Assembly (NCBI GenBank): GCA_036759025.1
Contig: DAIOVL010000001.1
Span: forward strand, 189,807 to 253,806
Source of the DNA: Bacteroidales bacterium
Lineage (GTDB): Bacteria; Bacteroidota; Bacteroidia; Bacteroidales; VadinHA17
Length of the DNA: 64,000 nucleotides
Direction of reading: 5' to 3'
This document shows positions 27,749 to 37,807 of this stretch, piece by piece (the stretch's first letter is position 1; each line of letters begins with the position of its first letter). A program made the position numbers and the translations under genes. The notes beneath the pieces are model-generated. The model had not been told where the DNA came from and searched no databases. It worked only from the letters and a program-made list of their open reading frames with translations.

Positions 27749-28708
27749 ATGAAAAGAAGAAATTTCATTAGGAAAACAGCTCTTTCTGTCCCTCTGATAG
27801 CTCTTTTCCCTGCCGGACTCACAGGTCTTGAAAGGCAGCGCAGGACAAAAAAAATTGAAAAACGGGCCCTGGGCAAAACCGGAGAGATGCTTTCAATGAT
27901 AGGTTTTGGAGGTATAGTTGTTCGTGATACAAGTGAGGAGGAAGCTTCATTCCTGGTAAGAAAGGCCATCGATGCCGGGGTGAACTATTTTGATGTGGCA
28001 CCCTCATACGGGAATGCCGAGATTATGCTCGGACCTGCACTTGAGCCTTACCGGAAAGATGTTTTCCTGGCTTGTAAAACGCAGAAAAGAGACCGTGACG
28101 GAGCCAGAGCCGAGCTTGAAAAATCACTTTTCAACATGCGGACCTCAAAGTTTGACCTGTATCAGTTTCATGCTGTAACCACAATGAAGGATGTTGAAGC
28201 GATATTCAGCCAGGGCGGCGCGATGGAGACATTTCTTGAGGCCAGGAAAGAGGGCAGGATCCGTTATATCGGTTTTTCCGCTCATTCAGTGGAAGCAGCT
28301 ATGGCGATGATGGACAGATTTGACTTCGATACAATCCTTTTTCCTGTCAATTTTGCAACATGGCATGCCGGCAATTTCGGACCACAGGTGCTTGCCAGAG
28401 CCCAGGAGAAGAAAATGGGTATCCTTGCACTCAAGGCCATGGCAAGAGGCCCCTGGCCTAAAGGAGCCGAACGCTCAAAATATCCAAAATGCTGGTACGA
28501 ACCAATGATCACTCCTGACGATATTGTGATGGGACTCCGTTTCACATTGTCACATCCCGTAACAGCTGCTGTTCCTCCCGGCGATCAGAATTTATTCATG
28601 AAAGCCCTCGAACTTGCATCAGATGTTAAACCTCTCAGAAAGGCAGAAGTATTAAAGATAAAGGAAGAAGGGCTTAAAGGAAATCCTCTGTTTACATTCA
28701 GCGGCTAA
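27749..28708 (+). CDS. Aldo/keto reductase with twin-arginine-like leader
   Basis: MKRRNFI leader; GVNYFDVAPSYG, DLYQFH, IRYIGFSAH. Confidence 0.88.
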   Translation: MKRRNFIRKTALSVPLIALFPAGLTGLERQRRTKKIEKRALGKTGEMLSMIGFGGIVVRDTSEEEASFLVRKAIDAGVNYFDVAPSYGNAEIMLGPALEPYRKDVFLACKTQKRDRDGARAELEKSLFNMRTSKFDLYQFHAVTTMKDVEAIFSQGGAMETFLEARKEGRIRYIGFSAHSVEAAMAMMDRFDFDTILFPVNFATWHAGNFGPQVLARAQEKKMGILALKAMARGPWPKGAERSKYPKCWYEPMITPDDIVMGLRFTLSHPVTAAVPPGDQNLFMKALELASDVKPLRKAEVLKIKEEGLKGNPLFTFSG

Positions 28709-28724
28709 TACAGCTTCTCGTGAA

Positions 28725-29150
28725 TTAATCTCTCCTGAGCTTCAGATTGACTTTCCTGTCATATACATAATAGCAGGGTGTGGAGCATTTTTCTTTTTCA
28801 TAAACGAGACGGGGCGTGATGGATTCAACCACGTAGTATTTCTTGTCATTAAGAATATACATGGCAGTAAAGGAATATGTTTTGTTCATGGGTGCTTTGT
28901 AATAGGCTTCCTCTGAGTAGCTTTTAAATCTGTGAAAGAGAATGCTGTCTTCAACATAACCTTCATAGATACTTACTTCCACACCAAGTTGATTCTCATC
29001 GAGGCTCATAATTAGAAATACTTCAACAGGCTCATTTTCCGTACATTCCTCGCAATCCACTATTATAAATTTCTCGCAGGAAAAGAAGGCTGTCAGTATT
29101 GAAAACAATATCAGACCTCCAATTGTCCTTTTTATGCCTTTTAATACCAT
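28725..29150 (-). CDS. Hypothetical lipoprotein
   Basis: Lipobox FFSC; CEEC and CSTPC Cys pairs; overlaps the ankyrin gene by 10 bp. Confidence 0.7.
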   Translation of the reverse strand: MVLKGIKRTIGGLILFSILTAFFSCEKFIIVDCEECTENEPVEVFLIMSLDENQLGVEVSIYEGYVEDSILFHRFKSYSEEAYYKAPMNKTYSFTAMYILNDKKYYVVESITPRLVYEKEKCSTPCYYVYDRKVNLKLRRD

Positions 29151-30637
29151 CTTATAACTTTAACGGGTGTCCTGCCATACAGAAAATCAAAATTATAGGA
29201 AATGCCAATCCTTAACCAGAAGGGGCCGGTTTTGTAAAAACCGGTCCGGGTGTATTCCAAACTTCCGAAAATACTCACATTTTCTTTCTGCCATTTAAGC
29301 GAAACGGCAGGTAATATGAGTAACCTTTCTTCAGGACCTTTTTGTGTTCCTTCAAAACGGTTGCCGAAGAAATATCCGCATGAAAGGGAACCTGATAAAA
29401 ACCAGTTGCTTTTTAAAGGATTCTCTGTCAGGGTAATATCTTTGAAAAGACCGGCATATATTATCGAGCTTTTATCGGGATACTGGTAGTAGAGAGTTTT
29501 TGATTCCTTTACGAGTACCCGGGTTTGCCATAACTTTGTATCGAAACCTCCCATGAAGCCTATTCTGTTGCGTGGTTCTGTGAAGTGGAAGCTCATCCCG
29601 GAATAAATGTCGCGTGTGGTTAATTTTGATGAAATCGTAATATTCATCTGGTTGATCCTGGGCGAATATTTACCCGGGAAATCCTTGTCGCGCAGAATTT
29701 CAAGTATTTCTTCTCGTCCGAATTTCACTGCCACATTGTAATAGTTCAGCCACTGCCTTTCCGGGCTTGTCCATTTGTCGCCTGCCTCAACAAGGAGTCT
29801 GACTGCATCCATGTGGTTATGTTTTATCGAAAGACTTAATGCATCCCATCCGTTATAGTCGGTTTCATATATGTCGACACCTTTTTTCAAAAGGTAGTTT
29901 ATGAGAAGTGTGTCGCCGTTCTGGGCAGCGGTCAGAAATGGGGTGAATCCGATGTCGTCTCTTGCTTCCAGGTTTGCTCCGTTCTGAACAAGCAGGTCGG
30001 CAATGTTTGCATGTCCTCCCCATATTGCAGCCATCAGTGGTGTTGTTCCGTCATTTGCCTTCTTATCTATGTCGGCCATATAATATAACAGCAGGTCAGC
30101 AAAACGGAAGTTTCCGTATACAGACGCGTAGTTTAGTGCTGTAACACCATAATTATCCTGAAAATCGATATCGGCACCGTACCTGATAAGCGACTCGGCA
30201 ATCTCTAGACATTGTGCAATCAGGAATTCGGTCATTACATTTGGTTCCCTGGCTTCAACAGTAACCAGCCTTCTGAGGATTATCAGAAGCGGTGTTTCAT
30301 GATTTGCGGTTTCCTTGTTGGGATCGGAGTTATACATCAAAAGGGTGTTGACCGCAAAGGGTTTAATGTTTGCAACGGCAATAGTCAGTGCCGTGGCCCC
30401 GTCTTCAGTTTCAGCCTCAACATCGGCGCCCCGGAGGATAAGTCTTTCAATTTCTGTGTCAAGTCCTTTGGAGGCAGCGATCATCAGATTATAATCAATA
30501 GCCCCGTCATAAAATTCGGGGAGATAGTCGATTGTATCCTTACTGCTTACCTGGGAAAAGGAATTTAAAACAATAAAAAGGAATCCAATTGAAGTTAGAA
30601 TCTTTTTTAGTGCCACACCTCCATTTATCATAATCAC
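29141..30637 (-). CDS. Exported ankyrin-repeat protein with beta-strand-rich C-terminal domain
   Basis: Signal peptide; repeated G.TAL/TPL..A...G...GA motifs (about 8); C-terminal 170 aa with alternating hydrophobic pattern ending WLRIGISYNFDF. Confidence 0.8.
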   Translation of the reverse strand: MIMINGGVALKKILTSIGFLFIVLNSFSQVSSKDTIDYLPEFYDGAIDYNLMIAASKGLDTEIERLILRGADVEAETEDGATALTIAVANIKPFAVNTLLMYNSDPNKETANHETPLLIILRRLVTVEAREPNVMTEFLIAQCLEIAESLIRYGADIDFQDNYGVTALNYASVYGNFRFADLLLYYMADIDKKANDGTTPLMAAIWGGHANIADLLVQNGANLEARDDIGFTPFLTAAQNGDTLLINYLLKKGVDIYETDYNGWDALSLSIKHNHMDAVRLLVEAGDKWTSPERQWLNYYNVAVKFGREEILEILRDKDFPGKYSPRINQMNITISSKLTTRDIYSGMSFHFTEPRNRIGFMGGFDTKLWQTRVLVKESKTLYYQYPDKSSIIYAGLFKDITLTENPLKSNWFLSGSLSCGYFFGNRFEGTQKGPEERLLILPAVSLKWQKENVSIFGSLEYTRTGFYKTGPFWLRIGISYNFDFLYGRTPVKVIRWY

Positions 30638-30776
30638 AAATTTAATTTTTAATTGTTTATTCCTGATACAGCTACCTTATTTTTCTTACAGGCAGGCATG
30701 TGTTTCGGATAAAACTCACATTTTTTTTTAACCTTAATGAATACTTTTTATTTTTGCAACCAGGCGAATAATTCTG

Positions 30777-32099
30777 ATGTTGGCAGGTAAACGGAAAATA
30801 TTTTTTGCGGCGTTGCTGGTGTCTCTGGTAAGTTATAATCCGGGGGCTGAAAAAAGGACCAGTTTTGTCACAGATAAACTTATGCCTGAGAATATAAGGC
30901 TTTCGAACATCCACTCGTCAGGTCCGGAGTACGCAGCAGCAGAAAAAAGTGTCAACTCCTTCATGCGTAAATGGTCAATTGCCGGCGCATCCGTAGCTGT
31001 ATCCGTCGACGGGAGGCTTGTATATGCAAGAGGTTTCGGCTATACCGATACTGCTTCGCGGGAACCGGTTCAGCCATATCACAGATTCAGGATAGCAAGT
31101 ATTTCAAAGCTGATAACTGCGGTAGCCGTCATGAAACTTGCCGAGGAGGGAAAACTGTCCCTTGACGCCAGGGTATTTGGCCCCGGAGGTATTCTTGATG
31201 ATCCGTATTTCGACAATCCGCGTGATCAGAGAGCATATAAAATTACCGTATCCCATTTGCTCAGTCATGAAGGAGGATGGACTACCCGCTGGGGCGATCA
31301 GATGTTCATGCCGGTTTATATTGCTGAGGAGATGGGAGTGAAACCACCCGCCGACACACGGACAATAGTAAGGTTCGCCCTTAACAGGCGGCTTCATTTT
31401 ACGCCGGGAACAGGTAAAGCTTATTCAAACCTGGGTTATGCCATTCTCGGACTGGTAATAGAAAAAGTCTCAGGGATGCCATATGAAGCATATTGCAGGC
31501 TTAACATCCTGGAGCCAGTCGGAGTATTTGATATGCAGCTGGCAAATAACCTGCCTGAAATGAAGGCTCCGTTCGAAGTCTCGTATCATACTCCTTCCGA
31601 TGTTCCGGCAAAGCCGTCTGTCTATGGCACCGGAGAGATGCTTCCTCCAAATTACGGCGGTAACGATATAGAGGCCCTCGGCGGAGCCGGCGCATGGATT
31701 GCCACAGCTCCCGACCTGATACGTTTTATGCTCGCAATAGACGGATTTCCTTCCCATCCGGACATTCTTTCCAGGGAGAGTATCAATTTTATGACAGATA
31801 ACGGAAACGGATATGCCCCGGTGGGCTGGAAAACAACGGTATACAACGGCACCTGGTGGAGGACCGGTTCCTTCCCCGGAACGGCAGCGGTGATGAAACG
31901 CCTGCCCGATGCCACCTGCTGGGTTGTTCTCTTCAATTCCAGCGCCTGGAACGGCCCGGAGATATACACTTCTATAAATAACATGATGTACAAGGTGTTA
32001 CATCAGATTAAACGATGGCCGGCAGAAGACCTTTTCGACTATTCGCTCCCTCTTCCGCTTAAACCTTCACTCATCGATTCGCTAACCTCTTCTTCATAA
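30777..32099 (+). CDS. Serine hydrolase, beta-lactamase class C/PBP-like family
   Basis: SxxK in RIASISK, YxN in AYSNLGY, GAGAW, WWRTGSFPG. Confidence 0.88.
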   Translation: MLAGKRKIFFAALLVSLVSYNPGAEKRTSFVTDKLMPENIRLSNIHSSGPEYAAAEKSVNSFMRKWSIAGASVAVSVDGRLVYARGFGYTDTASREPVQPYHRFRIASISKLITAVAVMKLAEEGKLSLDARVFGPGGILDDPYFDNPRDQRAYKITVSHLLSHEGGWTTRWGDQMFMPVYIAEEMGVKPPADTRTIVRFALNRRLHFTPGTGKAYSNLGYAILGLVIEKVSGMPYEAYCRLNILEPVGVFDMQLANNLPEMKAPFEVSYHTPSDVPAKPSVYGTGEMLPPNYGGNDIEALGGAGAWIATAPDLIRFMLAIDGFPSHPDILSRESINFMTDNGNGYAPVGWKTTVYNGTWWRTGSFPGTAAVMKRLPDATCWVVLFNSSAWNGPEIYTSINNMMYKVLHQIKRWPAEDLFDYSLPLPLKPSLIDSLTSSS

Positions 32100-32836
32100 T
32101 GTGTTTTACTGTCAATGTAAACCTCGTCAAGGACGAAATAGAGGAAAGGTACGGGATCAGTTTTCCTTCTGAATACCGTTATGAGCCAAGCTATTATTAT
32201 CATGCTTTCAATCTTCCTGAATTGCCTGCGATATGCTCAGGTAAAGATGAATACATTGATATCCTGCGATGGGGGCTGATACCTTCATGGGTAAAATCGG
32301 CATCTGATGCCGATGAAATAAGGATGAAAACATTCAATGCCCGTTCAGAGACAATCAGTACCAAAGCATCCTTCGCCGAGTCATTCCGCAGTATGAGATG
32401 CGTGATTCCTGTTTCGGGCTTCTACGAGTGGCAGCACAGGGGGAATGTAAAGGTGCCCTGGTACATCTTTCCTGCAGATGAAAAAATCCTGTCGCTTGCA
32501 GGTCTGTACAGCAAATGGATTCATGCCGACACAGGAGAGAATGTGTATACCTTCTCAATTGTAACGACAGAAGCGAATGAACTGATGTCTGAAATTCATA
32601 ATTCCGGTAAAAGGATGCCTGCAATCCTGGAGCGAAATGTTGAGAAAAAGTGGCTGGATGTCTCCCTGCCTATAAATGAAATATCAAACCTTCTCAAGCC
32701 GGCAGAAAAAGGAGTTCTGAAAGCTCACACCATAGGGCCTCTGATAAGGGACCGGTATGCAGACAGGAACACCCCTGCCCTGATCGAACCATATAACTAT
32801 AATGCAAATACCCTTTTTCCTGATTTTAATACCTGA
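32099..32836 (+). CDS. SRAP (SOS response-associated peptidase, YedK/HMCES) abasic-site protein
   Basis: Met-Cys2 start, RWGLIPSW, FNARSET, GFYEW, IH...RMP.IL. Confidence 0.93.
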   Translation: MCFTVNVNLVKDEIEERYGISFPSEYRYEPSYYYHAFNLPELPAICSGKDEYIDILRWGLIPSWVKSASDADEIRMKTFNARSETISTKASFAESFRSMRCVIPVSGFYEWQHRGNVKVPWYIFPADEKILSLAGLYSKWIHADTGENVYTFSIVTTEANELMSEIHNSGKRMPAILERNVEKKWLDVSLPINEISNLLKPAEKGVLKAHTIGPLIRDRYADRNTPALIEPYNYNANTLFPDFNT

Positions 32837-32895
32837 ATATTCTGACGGAATGCTTTCTGTTAAATACCAGGCAAAAAAATCCTTTTATCAGTATA

Positions 32896-33708
32896 TTATT
32901 GAGCTACAAAATGATAGGTTAAGGTGCCTGTCTGCCTGGCAGCTGCATTGTCATCAGCATTAAACCTCGAAATAAGTGCAGTTTTTACAGCGGTCTCAAT
33001 AAGGCATATATCGTCAGTGGTGCTTTCATCTTTTATGATCTGGGCCGATTCTACTATCCCATTCCGGCTGACCTCTATTCGCATGACAACTTTCCCTGCG
33101 CCACGGCATTTATATATCGGCAAAGGCAGATAGGTATGTATCCTTCCTTCAAGATCGTAATATATCCGGGTAGGTCCCTGATAGTCTGCAGCCATCTTCT
33201 GGGATTCGGCCGGTTCATCCGGTTTTTCATCTTCCCCGCCGGCCTCATCTATCGACAGGTTATCGTCACCGTTTGTCTCATTAAGCCTCTTCTGCTCATC
33301 TATATAATTGTTCTCATCAAGTTTGCCGTCTTTGATCAGCTCATTCTTGACCATGTCAATATAATCTTCAGGATCAATATTTACTTCAGGCCTGTTTGCA
33401 AGGTTACGGGCAATATTGAGCATTTCTGCATCTCCCTGCAGTATCTTCTCTACCGTCGATACAGGCAATTCAATTAGTTGATCCTCAACCATGTCCTCCT
33501 CAATTTCGATAAATTCAACTGTGAAATCATCCTTTTTATCAACAGTTACAGACCTGAGTTTAAAAGACATGAATATTATAGCTGCGATCAGATGAAAGAT
33601 CACCGTTCCCAGAATACCTACCAGTCTGCCCTCATTTTTTTTCATACTCTGCAAAGGTATAAAAACAGGGCCTTCAGTTTCTTTTCGGTTTCTTTCTTTT
33701 TTTGGCAA
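32896..33708 (-). CDS. TonB-like energy transducer / TonB C-terminal domain protein (alternative start 33645)
   Basis: N-terminal TM with GTVIFHL, acidic linker, P.YKC.G.G.VV..I.V...G.V C-terminal domain. Confidence 0.72.
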   Translation of the reverse strand: MPKKERNRKETEGPVFIPLQSMKKNEGRLVGILGTVIFHLIAAIIFMSFKLRSVTVDKKDDFTVEFIEIEEDMVEDQLIELPVSTVEKILQGDAEMLNIARNLANRPEVNIDPEDYIDMVKNELIKDGKLDENNYIDEQKRLNETNGDDNLSIDEAGGEDEKPDEPAESQKMAADYQGPTRIYYDLEGRIHTYLPLPIYKCRGAGKVVMRIEVSRNGIVESAQIIKDESTTDDICLIETAVKTALISRFNADDNAAARQTGTLTYHFVAQ

Positions 33709-34366
33709 CTTTTGCAGGTTCAGGTTTATTGTATGATTTGTTCCTAAGCAGGCCGTTCTTTATTTCGCTTACAAATTTTGCCCATGCAAATGGATTCAGC
33801 AGGTTATTTACAGGAAACATGTTCCTTGTTGACATGGCAGAGAAATTTTGTTCCATGGCATACTTGTATCCGGCTTCGGGAGAGATTCCTGTAGCTGCAT
33901 CATTTGCTATCGCTACATAGATGGAAGCAAGGTTCTCATTCATGTATTCCACGACAGGATCCTTTGGCCTTTCTTTAGTAACGTCGGCAAGGAATTCGCT
34001 GTAGGTTCTCCATGGAAGTATGGTCACCTCTTCAATTGATATAGTATCAATTTCTAATCTTATATCTGCTTTACAGTGTCTCTCATCATACGATTCAGGT
34101 ATTACGGTATGATACCTTTTGTACCCGATGGCTCTGAAGAATACTGTGTCACCTGGAGTTGTGGTAATAGAGTATATGCCTGTCCTTTCACTGATGGAGG
34201 CTCTTTGAAGTTTCTTAGATACCACTGCCACTCCCTGAACAGGCTGAGACAGATAGTCTGTTATTATCCCGCTGAGCTGCACAAATCTTTCATTTCCGGT
34301 GATCTGTGATCTTACAGGCAGGATAAGGACTACGAGGAGAAAGGCTGTATATGTATATTTCTTCAA
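33674..34366 (-). CDS. Carboxypeptidase regulatory-like domain protein
   Basis: Signal peptide; LSG.ITD..., GDTVFFRAIGYK, IEEVTILPW. Confidence 0.78.
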   Translation of the reverse strand: MKKYTYTAFLLVVLILPVRSQITGNERFVQLSGIITDYLSQPVQGVAVVSKKLQRASISERTGIYSITTTPGDTVFFRAIGYKRYHTVIPESYDERHCKADIRLEIDTISIEEVTILPWRTYSEFLADVTKERPKDPVVEYMNENLASIYVAIANDAATGISPEAGYKYAMEQNFSAMSTRNMFPVNNLLNPFAWAKFVSEIKNGLLRNKSYNKPEPAKVAKKRKKPKRN

Positions 34367-34486
34367 GAATCGGCAAATAGCGGATTTTAAAACTAAATGT
34401 CCACAAAGTAAACATTATTGTATATAACGTTAAAACATTTAACCAAATTTTAATATTTTTAAAAAGGTTTAAAAAGAGAACTTGAT

Positions 34487-36091
34487 ATGAAAAGGATACT
34501 GCTGTTGGGTGACGAAGCAATTGCGCAGGCGGGAATTGATTCAGGAATTAGCGGGATGTACGCTTATCCGGGCACTCCGTCGACAGAAATAATGGAATAT
34601 GTACAGTCTTCACCGGTTGCAGCTGAACGCAATATTCACAGGGAATGGTCGGCTAATGAGAAGACTGCGATGGAAGCGGCTCTGGGCATGTCGTATACCG
34701 GCAGAAGAGCAATGGTGGCCATGAAGCATGTGGGTCTCAATGTTGCCGCCGACGGTTTTATTAACTCTGCGTTGACAGGTGTTAACGGGGGGCTTATCGT
34801 TGTATCGGCTGATGACCCTTCAATGCATTCTTCACAAAATGAACAGGATTCGAGATTCTATGCAAAGTTCGCCTTTGTTCCATGCTTTGAGCCAACCAAC
34901 CAGCAGGAAGCTTACGATATGGTTTTTGACGCATTTGAACTTTCAGAGAAATACAAAACTCCGGTTCTTTTAAGGATAACCACCAGACTCGCACATTCAC
35001 GATCATCTGTCGAACTCAGACGTGACCGGGTACCCCTGAAACCACTGACACTTCCGGCCGATCCTCTGCAGTTTGTCCTTCTGCCATCACTGGCCAGAAA
35101 AAAATACCGGACACTCCTGGATTCATACGAGACATTAAAATATGATGCACGCATGGCAAAGTATAATGTCTTCCGGGATGGAAGAAAAAGAGAACTGGGA
35201 ATAATAGCATGCGGAATAGCATATAACTATCTTCTTGAAAATGCCGGAGAAAATGAAATAGATTATCCTGTCCTGCATATAGCTGCCTATCCTTTTCCCG
35301 GTGATCTTGTGAAGGATATTGCCTCACGGTGCAGGGAGATACTCGTTCTGGAAGAGGGGTATCCGGTTATTGAAGAACTGCTTAGAGGATTCCTCGACAG
35401 CGGCAGAAAAATTATGGGTAAACTCGACGGTGCAATTCCCCGCGACGGAGAAATGACTCCTGCAGTTGTTGCAAAAGCACTGGGTTTGCCTGTAGCTGAG
35501 GGCAAAGTTGTTCCGCCAGCTGTCAGATCCCGGCCACCATCCTTCTGCAAGGGCTGTGGGCATGCCGATATGTTCAATGCACTTATTGAAGCTGTAAAAC
35601 CATTCGGTCCCGGACGGGTATTTTCCGACATCGGATGCTATACACTGGGAGCCCTGCCTCCATACAATGCGATAAATTCATGTGTCGATATGGGAGCCTC
35701 GGTTACAATGGCTGTGGGCGCAGCTGATGCCGGACTATTTCCTTCTGTTGCTGTCATAGGCGATTCAACCTTTACTCACTCAGGAATGACAGGACTCCTG
35801 GATGCAGTCAACAAAAATTCTCCTGTTACAATTATCATCAGTGATAACTCCACAACCGGCATGACAGGCGGACAAAAATCACAGGCAACAGGACATCTTG
35901 AACAGATTGTTTCAGGTATTGGTGTCCCATCAGAACATATAAGGGTGATTGTACCTCTGCGGAAGAATCACGAAGAGAATATCAGTGTGTTGAAAGAGGA
36001 ATTTGAATACAGGGGGGTGTCGGTGATAATAGCTTCGAGGGAGTGTATTCAGACAGCTTCAAAAAGGAAGAGAACAGCAAATGCAGAATAA
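34487..36091 (+). CDS. iorA: Indolepyruvate:ferredoxin oxidoreductase alpha subunit
   Basis: LLGDEAIA, YPGTPSTEI, NEKTAME.A.G, MKHVGLNVAAD, DDP.MHSSQNEQD, RPPSFC.GC.H, SDIGCY, GDSTF.HSG. Confidence 0.93.
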   Translation: MKRILLLGDEAIAQAGIDSGISGMYAYPGTPSTEIMEYVQSSPVAAERNIHREWSANEKTAMEAALGMSYTGRRAMVAMKHVGLNVAADGFINSALTGVNGGLIVVSADDPSMHSSQNEQDSRFYAKFAFVPCFEPTNQQEAYDMVFDAFELSEKYKTPVLLRITTRLAHSRSSVELRRDRVPLKPLTLPADPLQFVLLPSLARKKYRTLLDSYETLKYDARMAKYNVFRDGRKRELGIIACGIAYNYLLENAGENEIDYPVLHIAAYPFPGDLVKDIASRCREILVLEEGYPVIEELLRGFLDSGRKIMGKLDGAIPRDGEMTPAVVAKALGLPVAEGKVVPPAVRSRPPSFCKGCGHADMFNALIEAVKPFGPGRVFSDIGCYTLGALPPYNAINSCVDMGASVTMAVGAADAGLFPSVAVIGDSTFTHSGMTGLLDAVNKNSPVTIIISDNSTTGMTGGQKSQATGHLEQIVSGIGVPSEHIRVIVPLRKNHEENISVLKEEFEYRGVSVIIASRECIQTASKRKRTANAE

Positions 36092-36108
36092 CGTAACCAT
36101 ATAACAGA

Positions 36109-36687
36109 ATGAAGAATGATATAATTTTATCGGGAGTGGGAGGCCAGGGGATCTTATCCATTGCTGCTGCAATTGGTCTTGCTGCTGTTGAGAATAAATT
36201 ACATCTTAAACAATCGGAGGTCCATGGTATGAGCCAGAGAGGTGGTGATGTACAATCACATTTCAGGCTCTCCGACAAACCGGTAGCTTCCGATCTGATA
36301 CCACTTGGCAAAGCCCATCTGATAATTTCAGTTGAACCAATGGAAGCCCTTCGGTATCTTCCCTGGCTTTCTGATCAGGGCTGGATCGTGACCAATTCCA
36401 CGCCTTTTATAAATATACCCGACTATCCTCCGGTTGAAGAGTTATTGTCCGGGATACGGAAAATTCAAAACCATATTATTATCGACGCTGAAACGATCGC
36501 CAGGGAAGCAGGGTCGGTACGAGCCGGAAACATAGTTGTACTGGGGGCTGCCTCACCCTTCATCCAGATTCCTTTCAATAGTCTTGAAAATTCCGTGAGG
36601 CAACTTTTTATGCGTAAAGGTGAGGAAATTGTCGAAATAAATATAAAAGCCCTCAGGGCTGGCAGAAAATTTACAGAATCGAATTGA
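36109..36687 (+). CDS. iorB: Indolepyruvate oxidoreductase beta subunit
   Basis: GVGGQGIL, QSEVHGMSQRGGDV, N.VVLGA. Confidence 0.93.
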   Translation: MKNDIILSGVGGQGILSIAAAIGLAAVENKLHLKQSEVHGMSQRGGDVQSHFRLSDKPVASDLIPLGKAHLIISVEPMEALRYLPWLSDQGWIVTNSTPFINIPDYPPVEELLSGIRKIQNHIIIDAETIAREAGSVRAGNIVVLGAASPFIQIPFNSLENSVRQLFMRKGEEIVEINIKALRAGRKFTESN

Positions 36688-36733
36688 AAAATATTTCTAT
36701 ATTTCGCCCTGAATATTTAAACCCGGAAAGTTT

Positions 36734-37225
36734 ATGAATAAAATGATACTATCGGTCCTGTTGATAACATTCACAGGACATACCACGGGATTATTCAGCC
36801 AGCAGGCCGTTAAGCTGTATGATCCCTCTCTCGACGGAATGAAACAGATAAGTGAGGCAGTATCTGCTGCAAAGAGTTCCGGCAAACATGTTTTGATTCA
36901 ATTTGGAGGCAACTGGTGCTCATGGTGTATCAAATTTGATGGTTTCAGCAAAGCCGATCCTGAAATATCAAAGCTGATGAACGATAATTTTATCCAGGTC
37001 AAGCTAAACTACAGTCCAGAAAACAGGAATGATGCTTCCAATATATATCTTGGAAATCCGAAGCGTTTTGGTTTTCCGGTATTTATAGTTCTTGATGCAA
37101 CTGGTAAAGTGCTTCATATTCAGGATAGTGCATTGCTGGAGGAAGGTGCCGGATATAATCAGAAAAAAGTTGTGGGTTTTCTGAGGAACTGGACAGCTTC
37201 AGCATTAAAGCCAACGGTTCCATAG
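36734..37225 (+). CDS. Exported thioredoxin-family protein
   Basis: Signal peptide; FGGNWCSWC; RFGFPVFIVLD. Confidence 0.88.
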   Translation: MNKMILSVLLITFTGHTTGLFSQQAVKLYDPSLDGMKQISEAVSAAKSSGKHVLIQFGGNWCSWCIKFDGFSKADPEISKLMNDNFIQVKLNYSPENRNDASNIYLGNPKRFGFPVFIVLDATGKVLHIQDSALLEEGAGYNQKKVVGFLRNWTASALKPTVP

Positions 37226-37231
37226 TGGCAG

Positions 37232-37262
37232 ATAATAAAAGGCTGCCTTTCAGGGGCAGCCT
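37232..37262 (-). terminator. Intrinsic terminator between convergent thioredoxin and ssb
   Basis: AGGCTGCC-N7-GGCAGCCT stem with TTTTATTAT tail on the minus strand. Confidence 0.75.
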
Positions 37263-37295
37263 CTCACGGGAAACGCAGCTGAAGTGATCTGACAG

Positions 37296-37652
37296 TTATT
37301 CTTCCTTCCCGTTTCCTTTACCCGACCTGAGCATCAGAAGGTTGGTCAGAACAATGTCGGTCACATTCTTTGTTACACCATTCTTGTCTTCGTAGGACCT
37401 GTAAACTATTCTCCCCTCTACGGCAACCTCATGTCCTTTTTTGAGGTATTTTGAGACCCTGTCTGCAAGGCCGTTCCATGCAACAATGTTATGCCATGTG
37501 GTTTCTTCAACCTTCTGGCCATCACCATTTTTAAAAGTGTCATTGGTTGCCATGGTGAATTTTGCAACTTTTTTCCCGCTGTCAAGAGTTTTTACTTCCG
37601 GATCCAGCCCGAGGTTCCCGATCAGCATTACCCTGTTTCTCATTGTCGTCAT
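37296..37652 (-). CDS. ssb: Short single-stranded DNA-binding protein (OB fold only, about 118 aa)
   Basis: NRVMLIGNLG.DPE, WHNIVAW, LKKG..V.VEG; no acidic DDDIPF-type tail. Confidence 0.9.
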   Translation of the reverse strand: MTTMRNRVMLIGNLGLDPEVKTLDSGKKVAKFTMATNDTFKNGDGQKVEETTWHNIVAWNGLADRVSKYLKKGHEVAVEGRIVYRSYEDKNGVTKNVTDIVLTNLLMLRSGKGNGKEE

Positions 37653-37807
37653 AATTTTATTTATTAAGTGAGACATAAATTATTATTCATCACAAACTTA
37701 AACAAGGGTAATATACTGTCTCGGTTATTAAGCATTTATATACGGACAGCAATCATTTATAGTCGTTTGAAAACGTTTTTTTGTATCTTTATCAAAACTT
37801 TAGTGCT

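Noticed and set aside
34487-36091. IorA lacking the C-terminal ferredoxin domain
   Set aside because: Ends cleanly before iorB; the short form is, as I recall, normal in Bacteroidales, so not a pseudogene
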